A stretch of DNA of 64,000 bases from Silanimonas sp. (GCA_027532825.1 JAPZTL010000027.1:3674-67673); one strand, 5' to 3'; positions 48,574 to 60,400 are shown, numbered from the stretch's first letter. Notes: generated by a model from the letters alone, not told the origin. A program made the numbers and translations.

Positions 48574-48667
48574 GGGGCCTCCAGTGAACGCGTGAGCCCG
48601 CATTGTCGCGGTTCCGGGCCGCCCGGGGAAAGCGCGGGGGTTAAATCGACGTGAGTGGCCGGCGGAC

Positions 48668-49927
48668 TCAGGCCGCGGGAGCGTCCGGGAGCGGGGTCGG
48701 CGCCCGGGCCGGCCAGCCGAAGAAGGCCTGGACCTCGTCGCGGCGGGCCAGCGCGTCGGCCTCGCCAAGGGCCAGCAGTTCGCGGGTGAACGCCGCTTCG
48801 AACAAGAGGTAACTGGCGAGCACGCCGCCCCCGGCGGCGGTCCCCTGCTCGCGGCCGGCGCGCCGGCTCACGCCCACCGCACCGAGCATGGTCCGCACCG
48901 GGCGCGGCAACTCGCCGATGTGGCGGGCGGCGATGTCGTCGATGCGTTGGCTGGGCGCGATGACGAGCATGTCCACCGGGCGGAGCGCCGACTGCGAGCG
49001 CAGGTCGGGCGGCAACAGGGACAGCGTGGCGTTGATGCGCCGCGCGCGTTCGATGTCGACCGCCAGCGCGTCGAGGAAGATGTTGGACATGGCGTGGCCG
49101 CCGATCTGCGCGAGCGTGGGATAGCCGCCCGCATCCCTCCGGATCGACGGCGGCTCGTGGAGTCGGCCCGCGCCGATCACCAGCACACGGTCGGCGCCGA
49201 GGTGGATGGCCGGCGAGATCGGCGCGGTCTGGCGCATCGAGCCGTCGCCGAACCATTGCGGCTGCCCGTCGAGGCCCAACGGCTGCGCGGGGAAGACGAA
49301 GGGAATCGCCGATGAGGCCAGCAGGTGCGTCGTCGTGATCCGGTCGCGCACGGCGATGCGCTGCGACCGCGCCCACGGCTTCTGGTGCGGGCCGGCATCG
49401 AAGAAGGTGACGTGCGTGCCCGAGCTGTAGCTCGACGCGCTGACGGCGAAGGCGCGGAGCACGCCGTCCCGCACCAGCCCCGGGATGCGCTCCATGGCCA
49501 CACGCTCGGCCAGCAGCTGCGCCAAGGGGGCGTTGTCCAGCAGGGAGCGGGGCTTGGCCCGGTGCCAACGGGCCAGCGCCCAGCCCACGGTGAACATCGT
49601 CAGCCAGCGCGCGCCGCTGCGGACCACGCCGAAGGCGTCGGCGCGGTACACCTCGCTGGCGCGGAAGTCATGCCAGATCCGGTGCAGGCGCTGCACCGCG
49701 CGCGGGTAGTCGTCGGCCTCGCTGGCCAGCGCCGCGGCGTTGATCGCCCCCGCCGAGGTGCCGGTCATCACTTTGAACGGCGTCGAGGACCCGGTGGCCA
49801 CGCACTCGTGGCGGATGCGCTCGATGCCATGCAGCACGCCGACCTGGTACGCGGCACGGGCACCGCCGCCGGTCAGCACGAGGCCGACGCAGCGGTCGTG
49901 GCGTGGTTGGGCATCCGCCATGGCCAC
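48668..49927 (-). CDS. patatin-like phospholipase
   Basis: [17 protein letters not shown] nucleophile, DGS; start at 49927 or 49921. Confidence 0.9.
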   Translation of the reverse strand: MAMADAQPRHDRCVGLVLTGGGARAAYQVGVLHGIERIRHECVATGSSTPFKVMTGTSAGAINAAALASEADDYPRAVQRLHRIWHDFRASEVYRADAFGVVRSGARWLTMFTVGWALARWHRAKPRSLLDNAPLAQLLAERVAMERIPGLVRDGVLRAFAVSASSYSSGTHVTFFDAGPHQKPWARSQRIAVRDRITTTHLLASSAIPFVFPAQPLGLDGQPQWFGDGSMRQTAPISPAIHLGADRVLVIGAGRLHEPPSIRRDAGGYPTLAQIGGHAMSNIFLDALAVDIERARRINATLSLLPPDLRSQSALRPVDMLVIAPSQRIDDIAARHIGELPRPVRTMLGAVGVSRRAGREQGTAAGGGVLASYLLFEAAFTRELLALGEADALARRDEVQAFFGWPARAPTPLPDAPAA

Positions 49928-50075
49928 CTCCGGGGCGCGATCCGGCGCGCCCGACGCGGGCCAGTGTGCGCCCAGGCCGGCGGCACGGGGAAGCCCTCCG
50001 GATGAGGTGTTTTCCTACCCGGGATGCCGATGTCGGATGACGGTCATGGAAGCGCCGCGGGCGCACGCTGCCTCC

Positions 50076-50300
50076 ATGGCCTTCCATCCCCGCCCCCCTG
50101 CCGGTTCCCTCGACCCCGCCCCCGCGGTGGACTCCTCGCCCGTCGCCGTCGACGCGGTGGCGTGGGCCCAGACGGTGTGGGCGGACCGGGAGGCCTGGAT
50201 CAACTCCCGCGGTGGCGTGGAATCGGTGTTCACCGCCGCCCAGGTCCTCGGGTGCCGCGAGGAAGCGGTGCGCTGGCTGAAGACCCGCACGCGCATCTGA
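50076..50300 (+). CDS. small hypothetical protein (74 aa)
   Basis: MAFHPRPP...WAQTVWADREAWINSRGG...WLKTRTRI; almost all third codon positions are G/C; fills the gap between patatin and S9. Confidence 0.55.
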   Translation: MAFHPRPPAGSLDPAPAVDSSPVAVDAVAWAQTVWADREAWINSRGGVESVFTAAQVLGCREEAVRWLKTRTRI

Positions 50301-50362
50301 CACGCCCTCCCGACGCCGGACGGTGGCACAGTGCGGGTCCCGCCCCCACCGAGCCGCCGTTG

Positions 50363-52435
50363 ATGCCCACGCGTCGCCCCGCTGCACGCCCCCTGTCCCT
50401 CGCCCTCTGCGCCGCGGTCGGCACCTGCACCGGGGGCGGCGCCGGCGCCGCCCCGGTCGTCGCTCCCTTCGGCAGCTGGGCCAGCCCGGTCGCCGCGGCC
50501 GATCTCGCGAAGGCGGCGATCGCGATGAGCGATGTGCGCGTGGACGGCGACGCCCTCGTCTGGCGGGAAAGCCGCCCCGCCGAGGGCGGGCGCCAGGTGC
50601 TGGTGCGCCGCGAGGCAGACGGCCGCACCCGCGTGCTGACCCCTGAGGGCTTCGGCGTCCGCACCCGGGTGCAGGAGTACGGCGGCAGCAGCCACTGGGC
50701 GGTGCCCGGCGGGGTGGTGTTCGCCAATTTCGCCGACCAGCGCCTGTACCTGCAGCGCGGCGACGCCGCGCCGGTCGCGATCACGCCCACGGGCTACCAG
50801 TACGCCGACTGCGTCGCCGATACGGCGCGGGGCGCGCTGCTCTGCGTCCGCGAGGACCACACCGCGGCGACGAAAAAGGTCAACGGCGAGGAGCGCAACG
50901 AGATCGTGCGCCTCACCGTGCCGGCACCGGGCGCGGCGCACGACGCGGATGCGCCGGCCGCGGCCGGCGAGGTGCTGGTCACCGGCCACGACTTCGTCGC
51001 GTACCCGCGCCTGAGCCCCGACGGCAAGCGGCTCGCGTGGATGAGCTGGGAGCACCCGCAGATGCCGTGGGAACACACGCGCCTGCACGTCGCGCCGCTG
51101 CGCGCCGACGGCCGGGCGGGGGACCCGCAGGTCGTGTTCGGCGGCGACCGCGCGGTGATGGAACCGCAGTGGGGCGAGGACGGCACGCTGTACTTCCTCG
51201 ACGAGGCCAGCGGCTGGTGGAACCTGCACGCGTGGGACGGCGCGGCCGTACGCGCGGTGGCGCCGATGCCGCGGGAGTTCGGCGGGGCGCTGTGGCAGCT
51301 CGGCATGGAGACCTACGCGATCCGCGGCGGCCAGGCCTACGTGCGGACCAGCCTCGCGGCGGTGGACCAGCTCGGCGTCATCGATCTCGCCAGCGGCGCC
51401 TACCGCGCCCTGGACCTGCCGCACGTCGCCTTCGGGGACGTCCGGCTCGATGCCCGCGGCCGCATCGTCACGCTGGCCACGCCCGCGGACGACGAAACCG
51501 CGCTGGTGGCCATCGACCCCGCCGATGGCGGCCTCGAGGTGCTGCACCGCACCACCGAGCGCACGCTCGATCGCGCTTTTGTCTCGGTCGGCGAGCGCAT
51601 CGAGTTCCCGACCGCGCCCGGGCCCGACGGCGCGCCGCGCACGGCCCACGCCACCTACTACGCGCCGGTGAACCCCGGTTTCCGCGGCCCCGACGGCGCC
51701 CGGCCGCCGCTGCTGGTGCTGGTGCACGGCGGACCGACCTCGGTGTCCAAGCCGACCTTCTCGCTGCAACGCCAGTACTGGACCACGCGCGGCTTCGCCC
51801 TGGTGGACGTCAACTACGGCGGCTCGACCACCTTCGGCCGCGACTACCGGAAGCGCCTGAACGGGCAGTGGGGCGTCGTCGACGTCCAGGATGCCGTCGC
51901 CGCGGTGGATTTCCTCGTGGCGCAGGGCAAGGCCGACCCGGCGACGGTGGCGATCCGTGGCGGCAGCGCCGGCGGCTTCACCACGCTCGCCGCGCTGGCC
52001 TTCACCGACCGCTTCAAGGCCGGCGCCAACTACTTCGGGGTCAGCGACATCAAGGCGCTGGCCGCCACCAGCCACAAGTTCGAACGGCTTTACGACGTGT
52101 CCCTGGTGGGCCCGCCGGACGAGGCGCTGTACCGGGCGCGTTCGCCGCTGTTCCACCTCGAAGGCTTCACCGAGCCGCTGATCACCTTCCAGGGCGACGA
52201 GGACCGCATCGTGCCGCCGGCCCAGAGCCGCGCCATCGTCGAGGCGCTCGACGCCAAGGGCGTGATGCACGCGTACCTCGAGTTCGAAGGCGAGCAGCAC
52301 GGCTTCCGCAAGGCCGAGAACATCGTCCGCGCGCAGGAGGCCGAGCTGCTGTTCTACGGCAAGGTGTTTGGCTTCACCCCGGCCGATCCGGTGCCGCCGT
52401 TCGAGATCCGGCACGCGCGCGCGCCGGCGCCGTAA
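50363..52435 (+). CDS. S9-family prolyl oligopeptidase/acylaminoacyl peptidase, exported
   Basis: Signal peptide, APFGSWASP, propeller, VHGGPT, GGSAGG nucleophile, FQGDED and EQHGF triad. Confidence 0.93.
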   Translation: MPTRRPAARPLSLALCAAVGTCTGGGAGAAPVVAPFGSWASPVAAADLAKAAIAMSDVRVDGDALVWRESRPAEGGRQVLVRREADGRTRVLTPEGFGVRTRVQEYGGSSHWAVPGGVVFANFADQRLYLQRGDAAPVAITPTGYQYADCVADTARGALLCVREDHTAATKKVNGEERNEIVRLTVPAPGAAHDADAPAAAGEVLVTGHDFVAYPRLSPDGKRLAWMSWEHPQMPWEHTRLHVAPLRADGRAGDPQVVFGGDRAVMEPQWGEDGTLYFLDEASGWWNLHAWDGAAVRAVAPMPREFGGALWQLGMETYAIRGGQAYVRTSLAAVDQLGVIDLASGAYRALDLPHVAFGDVRLDARGRIVTLATPADDETALVAIDPADGGLEVLHRTTERTLDRAFVSVGERIEFPTAPGPDGAPRTAHATYYAPVNPGFRGPDGARPPLLVLVHGGPTSVSKPTFSLQRQYWTTRGFALVDVNYGGSTTFGRDYRKRLNGQWGVVDVQDAVAAVDFLVAQGKADPATVAIRGGSAGGFTTLAALAFTDRFKAGANYFGVSDIKALAATSHKFERLYDVSLVGPPDEALYRARSPLFHLEGFTEPLITFQGDEDRIVPPAQSRAIVEALDAKGVMHAYLEFEGEQHGFRKAENIVRAQEAELLFYGKVFGFTPADPVPPFEIRHARAPAP

Positions 52436-52468
52436 GGCCGGGACATGACGTGGTCGGCGGTTCGGCAG

Positions 52469-52489
52469 CCTGTCACCGGCGTTGACAGG
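52469..52489. promoter_or_regulatory. inverted repeat CCTGTCA-N7-TGACAGG upstream of the HDOD gene
   Basis: Perfect 7-bp arms containing TTGACA, nested in a larger imperfect hairpin (52444-52503). Confidence 0.4.
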
Positions 52490-52538
52490 TCGCCGCCGTC
52501 ATGGACCGGCCGGCAGGCTAGGCTCCCCTACGCGCGGG

Positions 52539-53969
52539 GTGCTCCCGCAGGACCCTCCCGTGGCAGGCTCGGAACGCAGCGGACTCCCGAAAAACACGAC
52601 CGGCTGGGCCAAGCTGCTGCTCGCCCAGCAGTTGCCCGTGCTGGCGCGCACGGCGCAGGGCATCAGCGAATGCGCGCGTGATGACGGCACCTCGGGCGCC
52701 GACCTCGCCGCGCTGATCCTCCGCGACGCCGGCATGACCACGCGGGTGCTGCGGCTCGCGTCCAGCCGCCTCCACAACCCGCATGGCCAGCGTATCCGCA
52801 CCGTCAGCCGTGCGGTCGCGCTGCTGGGTTTCGACGTGGTCCGCGAGATCGCTCTCGGCATCGCCGTGCTCGATGTGCTCGGTGGCCGTCATGCCGGCTG
52901 CGCGCAAGCCGCCGCGGAGGCAGCGCGCGCCCTGCGGGCCGCGGTGCAGGCCCGCGCGCTCGCCGAGACGGCGGGCATCGAGGCCCCCGAAGAAGTGTTC
53001 ATCGCCGCGCTGCTGCAGGACATCGGCCATCTCGCCTTCTGGAGCGCTGTGCCGCAGTGGTTGCCGGAGTGGCGGCAGGACGCGGCACAACCGCCCCTGC
53101 AGGCCGCGCAGCGGGTGGCCGCCGACATCGGCCTCGACCTCGACGGCCTCTCCCTCTTGCTGAACGCCGAACTGCGGCTGTCGCCGCTGCTGGTCGGCGA
53201 CCCGCACACCCCCGGCCGGCTCGCCGCCGGCCTCGCGCGGCGCTGGGTGGACGCCCTCGAAACCGGCGGCCGCCGCGAGGATCTCGACGCCGCGCTGGCG
53301 GACGCGGCCAGGGCCTTCCGCCTCGACCCCGCGGCGCTGCGCGAGCAGGTCGCCGTCCAGGCCCGGCAGGGCGACGCGCTCGTCGAGGACCTCTTCGACC
53401 CGGCCGTGCGCGCCCTGCTGCCGGTGCCGCGACGCCTCGACGAGCCCGGCAACGACGCGGCGGCCGCGCCGGCGCGGGCCGATCCCGCGCTGGCACTGGA
53501 CGTGCTGCGCGACCTCGCCGAGCTTCAAGCCAGCGGACGGCCCGATCCCGGCATGGCGCTGTCGATGGTGATGGAGGGCCTGCAGCGCGCCGCCGGGTTC
53601 GACCGCGTGCTGTTCGCCCTGCTCTCGCCGGACCGCACCGAGCTCCGGCTGCGCTCGGTACTGGCGGCGCAGCGGCAACCCTTGACCACCGTGTTCCCGT
53701 TGGCGATGCGCGACTGCGGCCGCCTGCTCGACCTGCTGGCCCAGCCCCGGGTGCAGGACCTCACCACGACGGCGCCCGACACTGGCCGCTGGCTGCATCG
53801 CCTCGGGGCCCGCGAGGCCCTGCTCGGACCGCTGGTCGTCGACGGCCGCGTCCTCGGCCTGCTGCATGCGGACCGCGCCGTGAGCGGCGATGCCATCGAG
53901 CACGACGCGCGCACCCTGTTCACGCTGCTGCTGCAGCAGGCCAATCTCGCCCTCGCCAACGCGAAGTAA
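52539..53969 (+). CDS. HDOD-GAF signal-transduction protein
   Basis: LILRDAGMTTRVLRLAS...TVSRAVALLGF (HDOD), AALLQDIG; C-terminal GAF (GFDRVLF...LGLLHADR); start uncertain (52482, 52539 or 52560). Confidence 0.85.
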   Translation: MLPQDPPVAGSERSGLPKNTTGWAKLLLAQQLPVLARTAQGISECARDDGTSGADLAALILRDAGMTTRVLRLASSRLHNPHGQRIRTVSRAVALLGFDVVREIALGIAVLDVLGGRHAGCAQAAAEAARALRAAVQARALAETAGIEAPEEVFIAALLQDIGHLAFWSAVPQWLPEWRQDAAQPPLQAAQRVAADIGLDLDGLSLLLNAELRLSPLLVGDPHTPGRLAAGLARRWVDALETGGRREDLDAALADAARAFRLDPAALREQVAVQARQGDALVEDLFDPAVRALLPVPRRLDEPGNDAAAAPARADPALALDVLRDLAELQASGRPDPGMALSMVMEGLQRAAGFDRVLFALLSPDRTELRLRSVLAAQRQPLTTVFPLAMRDCGRLLDLLAQPRVQDLTTTAPDTGRWLHRLGAREALLGPLVVDGRVLGLLHADRAVSGDAIEHDARTLFTLLLQQANLALANAK

Positions 53970-54021
53970 GCGGGCGTCGCCGTCTCAAGCCGTGCGAATC
54001 CCATCGGGTATCGTTCGGCCC

Positions 54022-57000
54022 ATGCGCGACGAATGGACCATCGACCCGGAACGCGGCCTCTGGCTGTTCCGGGCCAGCCGGCTGGAAGCCCTGCTCGATC
54101 CCCTCGAGGCCCTGCTGACGCACCTGCCGCCGGCATCGCCACTGGCGCCGCAGACGGTGCTGGTGGGGCATCCAGGCCTGCGGCATTGGCTGCGCGATGG
54201 CCTCGCCCGCCAGCGCCGCGACGGCATCGTCGCCCATCTCGACATCGTGCTGCCCAGCCCCTGGCTCGACGGCCTCGCACGGCGCGTGCTGGGCGAACCA
54301 CTGCTGGGCATCCGCGCCTGGCAGCGCGAGGTGTTGCGCTGGCGCCTCTTGCCGCTGTTGCCGCAACTCGACGAACCGCGGGTCGTGGCCGCGCTGGCCA
54401 ACGACGTTGACGGTCGCGAGGCCTTCGCCTTGGCCGATCGCCTCGCCGCGGCGCTGTCGCCGCTGATGGTCTACCGCGAAGGCTGGCTGCGCCGCTGGGA
54501 CGAGGGCCGCGAGGCCGTCGCCGGCGATGCCCTGCTGCGCAGCGCGTGGCGTGCGCTGCGCCGCGGCACGGCCTCGCGCCATCGCGGCGAGCGTCTCGTG
54601 GCGCTGGCCCGTCGCTTGCGCGAGGGCACGCCGCCGACGGACCTCGACGACGGCCCGCTGCACGTGTTCGGGCTCAACCACCTGCCCCTGCTCGAACTCG
54701 ACGTGCTGCGCGCGTTGGCGCGGCATCGCCCGGTGGTCTTCCACGTCGCCGATCCCTGCCGCGAACATTGGGTGGGCCTCCCCTCGGGCCGCGAGGCGAT
54801 GCAGCGCGCGCTGAACCGCGAGGACCGCGGCGAAAGGGAATTCCTCGCCCTCGACCACCCGCTGCTGGCGGCGTGGGGCCGGCTGGGCCAGCACTTCCTG
54901 CTCGAGCTGGAGAACGGCGAGCTGGCGCTGGAAGAGCGCAGCGGCAAGGACTGGGAGGAGCGACGCGACGATCCCGCGCCGGAGGCCCTGCTGACGCGCC
55001 TGCAGCGCAGCCTGCTGTTGAACGACATGGCGGCGCTCGCCCCGCCCGCCGGTGTGTCGCGCGAGGTCGCGCGCACCGACGCCAGCCTGCGCGTGCACGC
55101 CTGCGCCACGCCCCTGCGCGAACTCGAAGTCCTGCGCGACGCCTTGTGCGAGGCGTTCGCTTCGATGGACGGCCTGCAACCGTCCGAGGTCGTCGTCGTC
55201 TCGCCCTGCATCGAGCGCTACCGCGCGCTGATCCCCGCCGTGTTCGGCGAACCCGGCCGCCGCGACAGTGCCTGGCCTTACCACCTCGCCGACATCCCGC
55301 TCTCGGCGACGCATCCGATCTACCGCGCCCTCGACTTGGCACTCGGCCTGCCGGCACGCCGGCTGACGGCGCAAGGCGTGCTCGACCTGCTCGACATCGA
55401 CGCCGTGGCCGCACGCTTCGGCCTCGACGGCGGCGTACGCGACACCTTGCGCCACGCCCTGGAGCGTGCGCGCGTGGCCTGGGGCCTGGATGGCGCCGAC
55501 CGCGCGCGCTTCGGCGCGCCCGACGACGACACGCACAGCCTCGCCTGGGGCCTCGACCGCGCCCTCGCCGGCCACGTGTTCGGCGGCCGCACGCCCGGTG
55601 TGCGCGCCCTGCCCGATGGCGAGCGCGTGCTGCCGCTGGCGGGCGTGGACGAAGGCGTGGCCGAGGTGCTCGGGCGGGCCCACGCCCTGCTGCTGGAACT
55701 GCGCGACTGGGTGGCCCTCGGTGTGGCGGCGCACGCCCCCGACGACTGGTCGGCGCTGCTGCAGCGGCGCTTCGAGGCCTTGCTCGGCACGCCCGCGCTC
55801 GACACCGACGGGCGCGAAGCCCTCGACACCACGAAAGGCCTCGTCGTCGCGCTGCGGGAGGAATGGCGCGATGCCGGCCTCACGACGCCGCTGCGTTGGG
55901 CCGCCGTTCGCGAGGCCCTGCTGGCGAAGCTCGCCGCAGTGCCCGAGCGGCAGCGCTTCCTGATCGGCGGCATCACCTTCTGCGGCATGGTGCCGCAGCG
56001 CGCGATCCCGTTCCGCGTGGTGGCCGTGCTGGGTCTCGACGAAGGGGCGCTGCCGCGCCACGTCGAGGATGGCGGGCTCGACCTCCGCCGCCTGAAGCCG
56101 CAGCGCGGCGACCGTGACCTCGCCAGCGACGACCGCTACCTGTTCCTCGAAACGGTGATGGCGGCCCGCGAGCGCCTGCATTTGAGCCACGTCGGCGTGG
56201 GCGCGAACGACGGCCGGCCGCGCAACCCGGCCGCGCCGCTGGCGGAACTGCTCGACACGCTGGCGCGATTCGGCGATGTCCCCGACGCCAACGCGGGCAC
56301 CACGTTGTTCGACAAGGACGAGGGTCGCTGGCCCTGGCAGCGCCGCGCACCGCTGCAGCCCGCAACGCTGGTCGCGGCGCTGGCGGACGCACCGACGCCG
56401 ACGGCCGGTGAGGCGGCGCCGACCGCGGCGCTTCCGTCGGCGGCGCTGGACCTCGACACGCTGTGCCGCTTTTTCCAGCAGCCGGCGCAGCAGGTGCTGC
56501 GCCAGGCCTACGGCGTGCGCCTCGACGCGCTCGAAGACGATCGCCTCGACGAGAGCGAACCCCTGCTGCCGCGCAGCGATCCGCGCGAGGCCTGGGCGAA
56601 GCAGATGCTGTTGGACGCGCTGGCGTCAGGCGCGACGGTGATCGACGAGCAGCCGCCGGAGGCGTGGTGGCTCGAAGGCCGCTTGCCGCCGGGCGCGCTG
56701 GGCCACGCGGCGTGGGAGGCGGAAGCCGAGAAGGCGCGGAAGGCCCTCGCCGCGCTGCGGCCCGCGGAGAGCGCTCTGCCGTGGCCTTTGCCGCCGGCGC
56801 ACTCGCGCCCCGTGCGCGTCGCGCTGAAGGGCGGCGAGCTGCGCGGCCAGGTGGCCGTGCACGAGGCGGCGGACGGCACGCTTTGGCTGCTCGATGCCGC
56901 GCCGGGCAAGGAGCCGAAGGAACTGCATTTCGGCCTGCGCGTCCCGGCCTTCCTTCGGTGGGCCGCGCTGCGCGCCAGCACCGACGCACCGGTGCGCGTG

Positions 57001-57417
57001 GCACTGATCACCAAGAAGGGCGTGGCGCCCTGGGGCGACGTCATGGCGGCGGAGGATGCGCTGTTCCTCGCGCACCCCGACCGTGCCCTTGCCCTGGGTG
57101 GCGTGGGCGCGCGGGTCGAGGCGCTGGTCGATTTCCGCGCCGCCGTACTGGCGGGCGCGCGCCGCTACAGCCCGGCCACCAGCTGGGCGGCGGCGACCAC
57201 CGACGATGACGACGCGATCGCCGACGCGTGGGGGGGCGGTGACTTCCGCACCGGCGAGCGCGATTACGCGCCGGGCTATGCCGCCCTGCTCGGCCGCGAC
57301 TGGCAGCTGCTGCCCGGCAGCGACAGCCTCGCCCGGTTCCGCGACGACGCCCGCGTGCTCGCGAAGGCGCTCCCCGGCGAGCCCCGCGCGACCGGCGCCG
57401 ACGGAGACGCCGCATGA
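54022..57417 (+). CDS. recC: exodeoxyribonuclease V gamma subunit
   Basis: HPLLAAWGRLGQ, LHACATPLRELEVL-like motif, WGLD, GITFCGMVPQRAIPFRVVAVLGL, DRYLFLE. Confidence 0.95.
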   Translation: MRDEWTIDPERGLWLFRASRLEALLDPLEALLTHLPPASPLAPQTVLVGHPGLRHWLRDGLARQRRDGIVAHLDIVLPSPWLDGLARRVLGEPLLGIRAWQREVLRWRLLPLLPQLDEPRVVAALANDVDGREAFALADRLAAALSPLMVYREGWLRRWDEGREAVAGDALLRSAWRALRRGTASRHRGERLVALARRLREGTPPTDLDDGPLHVFGLNHLPLLELDVLRALARHRPVVFHVADPCREHWVGLPSGREAMQRALNREDRGEREFLALDHPLLAAWGRLGQHFLLELENGELALEERSGKDWEERRDDPAPEALLTRLQRSLLLNDMAALAPPAGVSREVARTDASLRVHACATPLRELEVLRDALCEAFASMDGLQPSEVVVVSPCIERYRALIPAVFGEPGRRDSAWPYHLADIPLSATHPIYRALDLALGLPARRLTAQGVLDLLDIDAVAARFGLDGGVRDTLRHALERARVAWGLDGADRARFGAPDDDTHSLAWGLDRALAGHVFGGRTPGVRALPDGERVLPLAGVDEGVAEVLGRAHALLLELRDWVALGVAAHAPDDWSALLQRRFEALLGTPALDTDGREALDTTKGLVVALREEWRDAGLTTPLRWAAVREALLAKLAAVPERQRFLIGGITFCGMVPQRAIPFRVVAVLGLDEGALPRHVEDGGLDLRRLKPQRGDRDLASDDRYLFLETVMAARERLHLSHVGVGANDGRPRNPAAPLAELLDTLARFGDVPDANAGTTLFDKDEGRWPWQRRAPLQPATLVAALADAPTPTAGEAAPTAALPSAALDLDTLCRFFQQPAQQVLRQAYGVRLDALEDDRLDESEPLLPRSDPREAWAKQMLLDALASGATVIDEQPPEAWWLEGRLPPGALGHAAWEAEAEKARKALAALRPAESALPWPLPPAHSRPVRVALKGGELRGQVAVHEAADGTLWLLDAAPGKEPKELHFGLRVPAFLRWAALRASTDAPVRVALITKKGVAPWGDVMAAEDALFLAHPDRALALGGVGARVEALVDFRAAVLAGARRYSPATSWAAATTDDDDAIADAWGGGDFRTGERDYAPGYAALLGRDWQLLPGSDSLARFRDDARVLAKALPGEPRATGADGDAA

Positions 57418-60400
57418 GCGCCGCCCTCGACTGGACCACCGCGCCGCTGCAGGGACGGCTGCAGATCGACGCCAGCGCCGGCACCGGCAAGACCTGGACG
57501 ATCGCCGCGCTCTACCTGCGCCTGCTGCTCGACGATGCCGACGGCCGCGCGCGCCCGTTGCCCGAGCAGGTCGTGGTCAGCACCTTCACCGAGGCCGCCG
57601 CGCAGGAGCTCGGCGCCCGACTTCGGCAACGCGTGGAAGAGGCCCTGCGCTGGTCGCAAGCGCCGCTGGCCCCGCCGGCCGCTGGCGCGGAAGACCCCGT
57701 GCGCGCCTGGGTGCGCCAGCGTTGGGATGCCTCGCCGGGCCGACGCGAGGCCGACCGGACGCACCTGCTGGCCGCGCTCGCGCAGCTCGACCGCGCGCCG
57801 ATCGGCACGCTGCACGGCCTTTGCCATCGCATCCTGTCCGCGCACCCGCTGGAGAGCGAGCAGGGCTTCCAGCCGCTGGCGCTCGGCGACGGCCGCCGCG
57901 TGCTCGAGGCCATGGCCCGCGACCTGCTGCGCCGCATCGGTGCCGGCGAACCGCCGGCGCACGCCCGTGATCTGCCCAAGCGCTGCAGCACCCTCGAAGG
58001 CCTGACAACCGCCATCGCCGCCCTGCTGCAACCGGGCGTGGTGGTGACGAAACCGCCGACGCACGAAGCCCTGCGTGCGAGCGTGACGCCCTGGCTCGAC
58101 GCACAGCTTCGCGCGCTGGCGAACCTGGACGGGAACTACACACGAAAGAACGCCGCGCCCTACACGCAAGCCTTGGCCGTGGTGGCCTTCCTCGACGGCG
58201 GGCCGGTGCTGCCTCTAAAGCTGGATGCCCTTGCGGGCGACGGTGAACCGTCGTCCCTCGTACTGGAACCCGCGCGCGTGATCCTTCTCGACCCGGCGTT
58301 CCGAACCGCCATGCGCGGCTTCGCCGCAACGGTCGAACAGGCCACCAACGCCGAGCGCGCGTTCTGGGCGTGGTGGTGGCCGCAGCTGCGCGCGATGCAG
58401 CGCGCCCACAGCCTCGAGATCGGCGAGAGGGGCTTCGACGGCCTCATCGAGCAGGTCAGCCGGGTGATGCGGGCGCCGGATTCGCCGCTGCCCGACGCCG
58501 TTTTCGCGCGCTGGCCCATGGCGCTGGTCGATGAGTTCCAGGACACCGACGGCGCGCAATACGCCCTGCTCGACCGCCTCTACCGCGATCGCGATGGCGC
58601 GAAGCGCGGCTTGCTGGCGATGGTCGGCGACCCGAAGCAGGCCATCTACGGGTTCCGCGGCGGCGACATCACCGCCTACCTCGCGGCCTGCCGCGACGCC
58701 GATGCGGTGCTTCGTCTCGGCACCAACCAGCGCTCGTCCACCCCCTACGTCACCGCCTGCAACACGCTGTTCGACGGCGACCGCGCGCGCCTCGGCACCG
58801 GCGGCACGCCCATTGCCTACACGCCGGTGCAGGCTGCTGGCCGCGCCGATGCCAAGCCGTTGTTCGAGAACGGACAGCCGATCGCGGCACCGCTGGTGTT
58901 CCATCACCACGACGCGGCCCAACCCAACAGCCTGATGCGCCCGAGGGCGATCGAGGCCTGTGCGGCGCTGGTCGTCGACCTGCTGGCATCGAGGCGCCAT
59001 CGCTTGAACGGCCGACTGCTGCAGCCCGGGGACATCGCCGTGCTGCTGGTCTCGAACGCCGAGGTCTCGGCCCTCCGTCGCGCGTTGCAGCGCCACGGAG
59101 TGCCCTGCGCGGGCCAAGGCCGGCAGACGGTGTTCGATTCCGAGTGGGCGCGCGACCTGCTGATCGCCCTGCACGCGGTGCGCCATCCCGGTGACGCCGG
59201 CGCCCTGCGCGCGGCCCTGCTCACGCCGCTGTTCGGCCTCCAGCCCGCGTACCTGCCGGCCCTCGAAGCGAATGGCGAACTGGACGCCTGGCGCGAGCGC
59301 TTCGTCGCGCTCCGGCAGCGCTGGTCGCGAGCCGGCGTGCTGGCCGTGGTGCAGGCCCTGATCGACCTCGCCCTGCCCGTGCTGGCGCGCCGCGACGAGA
59401 AGGACGGCGAGCGCGCGCTCACCGACCTGCGCCACCTCGGCGAGCTGCTGCAGCAGGAGGCGGAGGCCGGGCACTCGCCCGGGGCCCTGCTCGACTGGAT
59501 GCGCGCGCAGCGCGAGGACGAGGAGGCCATGGCCGGCGACGAGCGCAGCCTTCGCCTTGAATCCGACGCGAAGCGCGTGCGACTGATGACCCTGCACGCC
59601 AGCAAGGGCCTGGAGTTCCCGGTGGTGCTGCTGCCCACGCTGTGGGCCCACGAGCACCGCGCGCCGAAGGCCCCCACCATCGCCTCGCAGGACGATGACG
59701 GCCGCCGCGCCGCGGTGTTCGAAGCCTCGGCAATGAAGGACGCGAAGGAAGCGCTGCAGGACGAGCGCTTCCGCCTGCTCTACGTCGCGCTCACGCGCGC
59801 GGAGCAGGCCTGCCACGTGTTCACGTTGCCGCCGGGGCGGCCGGCGAAGCGCGGCGTCAGCAGCGCGAAGGCCGACCCCGACCGCTCGGCGCTGGATGCG
59901 CTGCTGTCGCGTTGGCCTGACGATGCGCGCGGGGGCCCGGGGATCGCGTGGCGACAGGGCTGGCCGGCGCCACCGGCATCGCGCGATGTCACGCACGACG
60001 AAGCATCCCCGGCGGCCGAAGCCGTGCCGCCCGCACCCATCGGCTTCCGCCTGCCAGGCCGCTACAGCTTCTCGGCCTTGAGCGGCCACGGCGAGCGCCG
60101 CCACGTCGAGGCCAGCGCCGCCGACGACGAGCGCAGCGCCGTGCCCGAGGGCGAGATGACGCCGGACGCCACGGCGGCGCCATCGCCCACCGTCGACGCC
60201 GACGCAGCGGCCACGTGGCAGGCCCTCGCCACGGTGCGCGGCACCGGCTTCGGCCAGGCCGTGCACGAGCTGTTCGAGGCACGCGAACCGGGCCAGCGTT
60301 TCATGACCGATCCCAGCCGCGTGCTGCGCGCGCTGGCGCAGCACGCGGTGCGCACGGCCGACGGCAGCCCGCTCGCGGCCGTGGTGCCGCTCGTGGCGGC

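Noticed and set aside
57960-58330. Segment of recB with some rare codons, possible mosaic patch
   Set aside because: Spot counts gave about 68% GC versus about 70% nearby, which is not a convincing shift; it needs alignment to homologues
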